DNA of 64,000 nucleotides from positions 1 through 64,000 of the forward strand of contig NW_026864062.1 of assembly GCF_026571515.1 (NCBI RefSeq), read 5' to 3'. Below the pieces are notes generated by a model. That model searched no databases. It was given only the letters and a program-made list of their open reading frames with translations, and had not been told where the DNA came from. This document shows positions 57,352-64,000 of this stretch, piece after piece. The stretch's first letter is position 1. Every line of letters starts with the position of its first letter. The position numbers and the translations under genes were made by a program. This stretch comes from Ruditapes philippinarum. Lineage: Eukaryota.

Positions 57352-60309
57352 TAAATATAAAAAGAATTGTTAGTGTGTTGTGAGTGAGCTTTAAGTTCTG
57401 TTGTAAATTGTGCTCAATATGTTGAAATAACTAGCATTTTGGTGCTTCTTGTTAATTGTTTATTTGTTAAGACAAATTTGATAAATCATTGTGCAATGAA
57501 TAAAAGTTTTTGATAAATACTATGTTTTCTTTAATTTTGTTTCATGTTATCTGGGTTTGGTACTGTAGTGCCTGAAAAGGGATCAACGGACTACGTACAT
57601 TTAGTGTATTTTATTTCCCTCAGAATACACAGGTAGAACAATATATCAATTGGACCATACAGTCTTGGATTACCTATAAACAAAGGATACTTGATGCTAC
57701 CTATTTGACATTCACTGCTGATACTTTACATGCAGTCACTGTATCATTAGTATTTAAGTCTTGAAACTTCAGAATATGGGATTAAACTCGTACATAGTTA
57801 ATAAAGTTGTTTCTCATTTGAAACTAAAATTGCTTTTTTCAAGTCAGAAGGTTCTAAATAAGTTATAAGAACTTATTTTGCATTCAAGCTTACCTGAAAA
57901 TTAAATTTACATTGATATAATGTATACACCTTGTTAAGTTACATGAATTACAAACAAAATCTTAGTGTCAAGGATATACTATACTAGTATATAGTTCGCA
58001 ACAATTGTTTGCTATATACTCGACCAGTGTATATAAACATTGACTAGTAAGAGCCTACAAAGAAGGAACTTTGCAACTCTTAGGACAATTATATAATACA
58101 GCCAAACAACAATTGGTTGCCTGTTCCATACATTGTCAATGTAGAATTAGGGTTGTTTCCCCATGTACTGTACATGACACTTCATGACCATTGGTCATGA
58201 TAGGGTTGGACTATGATCTTTTTTTTGTCTTCTTGGCACTTCAGATGACTGTACACTTTGTATTGTAGAAAATAAGGTAGTCCATCCAATAATCGTGTCT
58301 TCCCCTAAAATACGTGTATTCTTCTGTAGAACTGAACATTTAAAGTGGCATTATTCCCATTTAAGTGTAATGGTCAGTGAACATGTAAAAGTCAAAATAA
58401 CTTGCTATTTTACTATGAAAAAATACTCAATGACTCCGTCATCAACGGAAATTTCTATATATAGGTTATGCTGGATTCTTAAAAAGTGTAGGGCAGTCTT
58501 ATTTAAAGTTAATGTAGTTTTTATATTGTTTCAAACATTTTTCGTTATCAATAATTGGTCAATCTCCAGTATAAAGTTATACTACTTATTTTTTAAAATA
58601 CAGCGAAAAAATGTTTTCATAAAAGTCACTATTCACAAGGGTTTACATATAGAAATTGACATATGATTTTCCGTGGCAATTTTTTATTTAGCTTTTTTCA
58701 TTTTCATTTTACATTTTGTTTTAAGAAACCTTTCCTTTAAAACATGAAATACAAAGCCCCAACTATGCTCTAGATTTGCAAAGGCATAATTCAATGCGTC
58801 TTTTTGATTTTTTTTATTGAAATGACATTTATTGCTAATATATACATGTTAATATACAGAAACAACTGGTTTTCGAAATAATAAATTAATAGCAATAGGG
58901 TTAGGCCCAAGTATTAGCGATCGACCCTCGATCTCCAATTTGAATGTTCTCGGTACGATAGGAGAAGTTTGTCAATTACAGTTTACCAGATGTAAAATCT
59001 GTTGTACCTGGTGAGATCCCACACACCGTACAATCAAATGGGCAGACAGCAGTTCCAACGTCGACAGCTGTACAGTATACATGTCGGCGCACGAAACACA
59101 ATTGACGGATCTATTTCTAACATATCCCAACTGTGTTGAGTAAATCAATGGTATGGATTCATTGTCAACATCCAAAGGAGCATACTGATAAATTTCTGGC
59201 CCTGTGCAAGCTTTACTTCACGTGAATTTTGAATGAAAATAACCACACTATCGATGAGATGCGACATTTTTATTTTTAAGTCACAAAAACTTATATTTTC
59301 TCATGATAATAAATCCTTTTATCATACGATTCGTAAACGTCAACATTTCGTCATTAAATATTCCAATACAAACCATATCTTCAAAAATGCTTTTCTGTTA
59401 AAGTTATAGGGTATTTAAGTTTGAGTGTGATCAAAATTTTAGTAACGTCATCAGCCGTTCACCTCTTTTAAATGATAACATCGACAGCCATTCATCAGCA
59501 AGAATGATCGATAACGCTGGGAAAGCCGTTCAGGGAAACAATTCTCAGCGCTTTTTTTTGGTATGTGACAAATAGGATTAAATTCCCTTGAAACATCACA
59601 ATAAACTTTTTTTTATAGTATTGCAATGTCTATTCTAAGAGGGGAGGGGGCATTCACTCCGTTATTTGACCCCCCCCCCCCCTCATATTTTTTCAGAGGC
59701 AGGGTAAACATTTTACATAGAAAAAATAGGAAAAAATCAGTAAATGTAATACATTCTCACTTTTCGATAAAAATCCCCCGTCTTTTTCAAATCCTAGAAT
59801 AGACACTGGTATTGCTAGATCGAAGGCTAGCAAAAGAGCAACATACGTAGCTATTTAATAATTAAATAATAATTATACATGTATAAGTATATAAACATCT
59901 TCATGTACACATGGATATTAATATCAAATGTATATATGTCTGTGATTTACAATGCCACTTTTACGCGGTGCTTAAACTTTCATAAAAAGGGTCCCTCGAA
60001 TACGTTTCATTTGGGCATAATATTTAACTATAAACATTTTTAAAAGTCAATGGTTCTGTAGGCCATACCCTTGATTTAAGATAGTTCACGTTATATCACA
60101 ATATATTCATATTGATATTGCAATATGAATTTTCTTTGCAATAATGAGGAAGGGCCGACCGCTTATTAATAATTTTGTTATTACTAGCATGAGGCCGCCT
60201 TTTTAATTTAAGACAACATAGCCCTAGCAATATGACGTTGCTTTGAGATTTTTTTTACTTCTCAGCAAAGGAACATATAAACTATATATACAACAAGCCC
60301 GTTACGTCT

Positions 60310-60359
60310 GACCAGGGTCTTTGAAATAGAATGATTTTTTTTTTTGAAAGACCCTGGTC
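60310..60359. repeat. Perfect 13-bp inverted repeat with a 24-nt spacer
   Basis: gaccagggtcttt ... aaagaccctggtc. Confidence 0.7.
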
Positions 60360-60559
60360 TGACACATTGGACTAATGACAGCAGTGGTTAGTAGATATAT
60401 CTATACCTTAAATCATTCATGTATTTTTAAGAATCAAATTGTCTTATCTTGAACTATTAAACGTGTAAAAAAATACTCGTATACTTATTTTACACAGTCG
60501 AAAGTATGGCATATAGATCTAGTACCGCACATTTTTTTTGTCGTCGTTGTTTATTTATA

Positions 60560-60629
60560 TTGGTTGCTACTCTTGGTCACGTGACTTTTTAAGGAGCAAA
60601 TAGCAACAACTGTCATGGCGGAGGTGAGT
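60560..60629 (+). promoter_or_regulatory. Probable promoter and first exon of a further + strand gene (identity unknown)
   Basis: Perfect E-box/CLEAR palindrome GTCACGTGAC 60576-60585, then gtcATGGCGGAG|GTGAGT (Kozak/YY1-like ATG at 60615, consensus donor at 60624) in CpG-enriched context. Confidence 0.55.
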
Positions 60630-61006
60630 GTTTTGCCAAAAATTGGTACATTTTCAAACAAAGCTACATATTTTCAATTATTAATTAACAAATATGTTTT
60701 TTACAAATGTTCTTTGATTTCAAAGGCAATCTGTAAGTTTCATAAAACTGTAAAAAATTCTGGAAACAAAGTGATCCCTCGGAAGCATTAATCACAACAA
60801 AATAACATAAGAATTGCAGACTCGGTTTGATTGAGTCTGTACATGAGGGATAATGAATAAGTGCAACATCCCTCACGCCCCCTAGCACCGGCTTGAGCGT
60901 TACTCAATTCTCAACACTTTATAGTGTTGGCATCAATGTAAAGAATGCAAGTGTCTACAAAATTGAAAACACTGAAATTAGGCTGATGATCATCATATTC
61001 ACTAAA

Positions 61007-61946
61007 GGAAGTGGCTAGCCGTACGGACCCGTACGGCTAGCCAAAAGGTCTAGCCGTACGTGAGTCACGTACGACTAGCCAGGACGCACTAGCCGTACGG
61101 CACTTTTTAAAATTATATGTTATTTTGTGTCTTTAAACGAGGATTTTAATCAAGTCTCTGCATTTGTCCTCGTGTGTTCACTTTAATAAAGATGCTCCGT
61201 CATTTTGTAAAAAATGAATACGAACAAGCGTTGTATAATCTATCAATTAAAGTTGCATGTTATAAGTTATACCGTCGTTGATTTTCATGCTTATCATTTG
61301 TTGTTTTATTTGTATGAAAGATGCATTATTAAATCATTTTTGTTAATTAAGCACATGGATCGAAATAAATAGTTGATCGGAGTGGAATAAGTAAATAAAT
61401 AAAAAGAACATTAAAAAAGAAAACGGTGATAAGGTAAACATATTTCTATATTCAATATTTTACAAATACAGAAGATTAATACGGAACGCTATTTAATGAA
61501 CTTTTCCTAAGAGATGGACAAAATACTTCTATACTGTCGGTAATTTGACGGCAATTATGCAAGAGCTGCCAACAACAATAATTCGGTTTTCCCATTTTAA
61601 AGGTTCGAAAAATAAAGCTAAAATGGAACAAAAAAAGGATATTAATCAAACTCTTGTAAACTATTTTCAAATTGTCTAAATGCCAACAATGACAAAGATC
61701 GCAGCCACAAGTGCGATTAATTTCTCAACAAGATTAGACATTCGAAGACAATTGCTGTTTCTTGGTTAAAATCCTCGTTTAAGTCATAAAATACATATGC
61801 ATTTCGACTTCCATATAATTTTGAAACAGTGCCGTTACGGCTAGCCAATAGCAGTTGGTCCTTCCTGGTTAGTCGTACGTGACTCACGGTTTACGGCTTA
61901 AGACCTTTTGGCTAGCCGTAAAGGCCCGTTACGGCTAGCCACTTCC
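61007..61946. mobile_element. Mutator-like (MULE) MITE, 940 bp, with ~100-bp palindromic TIRs
   Basis: ggaagtggctagccgta ... tacggctagccacttcc; flanks ttcactaaa / ttcaactaaa (9-10-bp TSD with one indel); long G-initiated TIRs. Confidence 0.75.
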
Positions 61947-64000
61947 TTCAACTAAAATATGCAGAGAATCAACTTTTGTCAACAAAGTGTAAACATTATA
62001 ACATGATCATCACTGTTCATGTCAAATGTATAATGCCAATATTGTTGTTGCCCAAAAGCCCCAAAATATTGCCCAAGTATGTTTAAATTATCATTTATGA
62101 TTCTCACTGATAATGGCATATGTTGAGAAATTGGTGCTTATAAATTTATGCTTAATGTTTTTCTGAGTTCCTTAATGTTGCATGTTGTTTTAAACGTTTT
62201 ACATAGCTTTTTTGTTTTGTTTTTTTTTTGGAATACCCCATTGCAAGTTTTAAAATTTTTCATTCCCCCCCCCTTTCCTATTTTTCACCTTGGTTTTGCA
62301 ATGCGGGTTATTAACTTGCTTTTGATCAGTTCACTTTTAGATTTAGATAATTCAACCTTGTTCGAAGTGAAACTGTGAAGATTTTTGAATTATTGAAGCC
62401 ATTTATCACAAACAAGCTAATGGTAATCTACTGGCATGCAAGCAGTTCTCGTACAGAAATAGTACACATATTTTTTTGTGTAAACGCTTGATTTTTACTT
62501 GCGTTCTTTAAAAAGTGATGTCAAATTATGCTGACATGTGAATGATACAAAATCTAAGTGTCAGTTCGGCAATATGTACAAAAAGTTTTCATTTTAAATC
62601 ACTCACCTGTGTGTTGTCAAAACAAGAGCTTGTAAATGTTGGAGGATTCCATCTTTGTGCAGATAAGCTAAAATACTAACATATGAGGCCTGTTTTCAAT
62701 CATACGACATCATGTGACATGTGTACAGATAAGTGGGCAATATGATAAACAATTGGTTTAATTGAATTCCAAATTAATATTTAAAAAATGGTTTTTGGGT
62801 TTAAACCATTCTTCAGTTGTTGGGGTTTGATTTTCCTTTTCCATTTATCCAGCTTATTTCCCCCGAAAGGCCAAGTTTTTTGGAAAAAATTAAAAAAAAA
62901 AAATGGAAAATTTGGAAACAGTTTAATTTTGATTTTTTGTTGAAACAACCCTGCCATGAAAATTATTTTAATTTTGGCTCAACTTTTTCTTATTTTCATT
63001 GGATTCAGATGGGATACCAAAAGATTTCTAATTTAATTTGAAGGAATCCCTTTTTTAAAAAATACAAAAACAATTATGGTGAGGGAACATACAGAGCTCA
63101 AGCAATGGTGACCACCCATTTCTTTCTCTATCAATTTGTTTCAGTCATAATATTCATTAGTCATGCAATGTTTAAGACAATTTTTATTCCTGGTTTATAT
63201 TTACCTTCTTTGCCTTTGTAAAAAAAATAAAAAATAATAAAATTTCCAATTAGGGGCCTAAATGGTTAAATTGACATACAGCTTACAGGTATAATCAGCT
63301 GATATATATATATATGCTATATAGGTAATTTTATCTACTAAGAGGATATCATTCAGTTTAATCTATGATAAACATATTTGTTGAGACATAGCTCTAATTG
63401 GGTTTAGTTTGTGTCAGAACTCTCTTTTTAAGATAGAAATATGAGTTAAACTATTGTATGCTCTATGAAAGAAAGAACAAATAAATAAAGTTATTTATAG
63501 ATGACTAATTGTATAATAATTACACAACATTATTTTTATAGACTGAGAGAAAAAAATTACGTTTACAACACTTCTTTTTCTGATTTCTCTCATTTCCATT
63601 GAAAATGTACATATGACATTGCGGCTAACTAATTGTTTGATAATTAATGTTATTGGCACAAAACTATTTTTGTATATAGCAAGAAACACACCTACACTTT
63701 CAACACCTGTTATTCCAATTTCTCACATTTTCCATTAAAAATGTATAGATGACATTGCAGCTAACTAACTGCACAAGCTGTTCACAGTGGTGAATTGTTG
63801 ATAACATAATCATATCTTTTTATTGATTTCAGATCGCATTCCACAAACAGTAAACAGTCAATATGTAAGCTACCTAGATGATGATTCCCTCCAGTGATAG
63901 TGATTGTACACCATTTTTCAACACTATCTCTATACAGGAGTATAAAGTTAGGAAGAATTAAAATTTATCAGAATATTGAATTTTCTGGTTCTTTGTGCTT

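Overview
AT-rich (roughly 30% GC by eye) intron-rich eukaryotic DNA. The repeat families suggest a marine invertebrate, most likely a bivalve mollusc (inference). I reconstructed spliced genes by eye from GT-AG junctions and reading-frame phase. (1) A large orphan Ser/Thr/Pro/Val-rich terminal exon at 494-2397 (+). (2) The 3' seven coding exons of a MYT1/MYT1L/ST18-family C2HC zinc-finger gene at 6964-13955 (+). (3) A complete PCMTD1/2 orthologue at 26729-22387 (-), convergent with it. (4) A complete L3MBTL/l(3)mbt gene at 30882-52762 (+; FCS finger, 3 MBT repeats, C2HC finger, SAM), divergent from PCMTD across a shared promoter near 28.7 kb. (5) A probable promoter and first exon of a further gene near 60.6 kb. 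Introns and intergenic DNA hold many non-autonomous elements: Helentron/HINE-type elements with 140-180 bp internal satellites, CAGGG-ended MITEs with 5-bp TSDs, a pogo/Tc1-type MITE, a Mutator-type MITE and tRNA-derived SINEs. I found no transposase, no CRISPR and no RNA genes, and I cannot claim a new system with confidence. The best leads are perfect RFX X-box palindromes inside coding exons and inside a mobile element, Myt1-Pcmtd linkage mirroring two human paralogous loci, an identical intron position in the C2HC fingers of Myt1 and L3MBTL, co-orientation of HINEs with host transcription, and a much enlarged split SOCS box in PCMTD.
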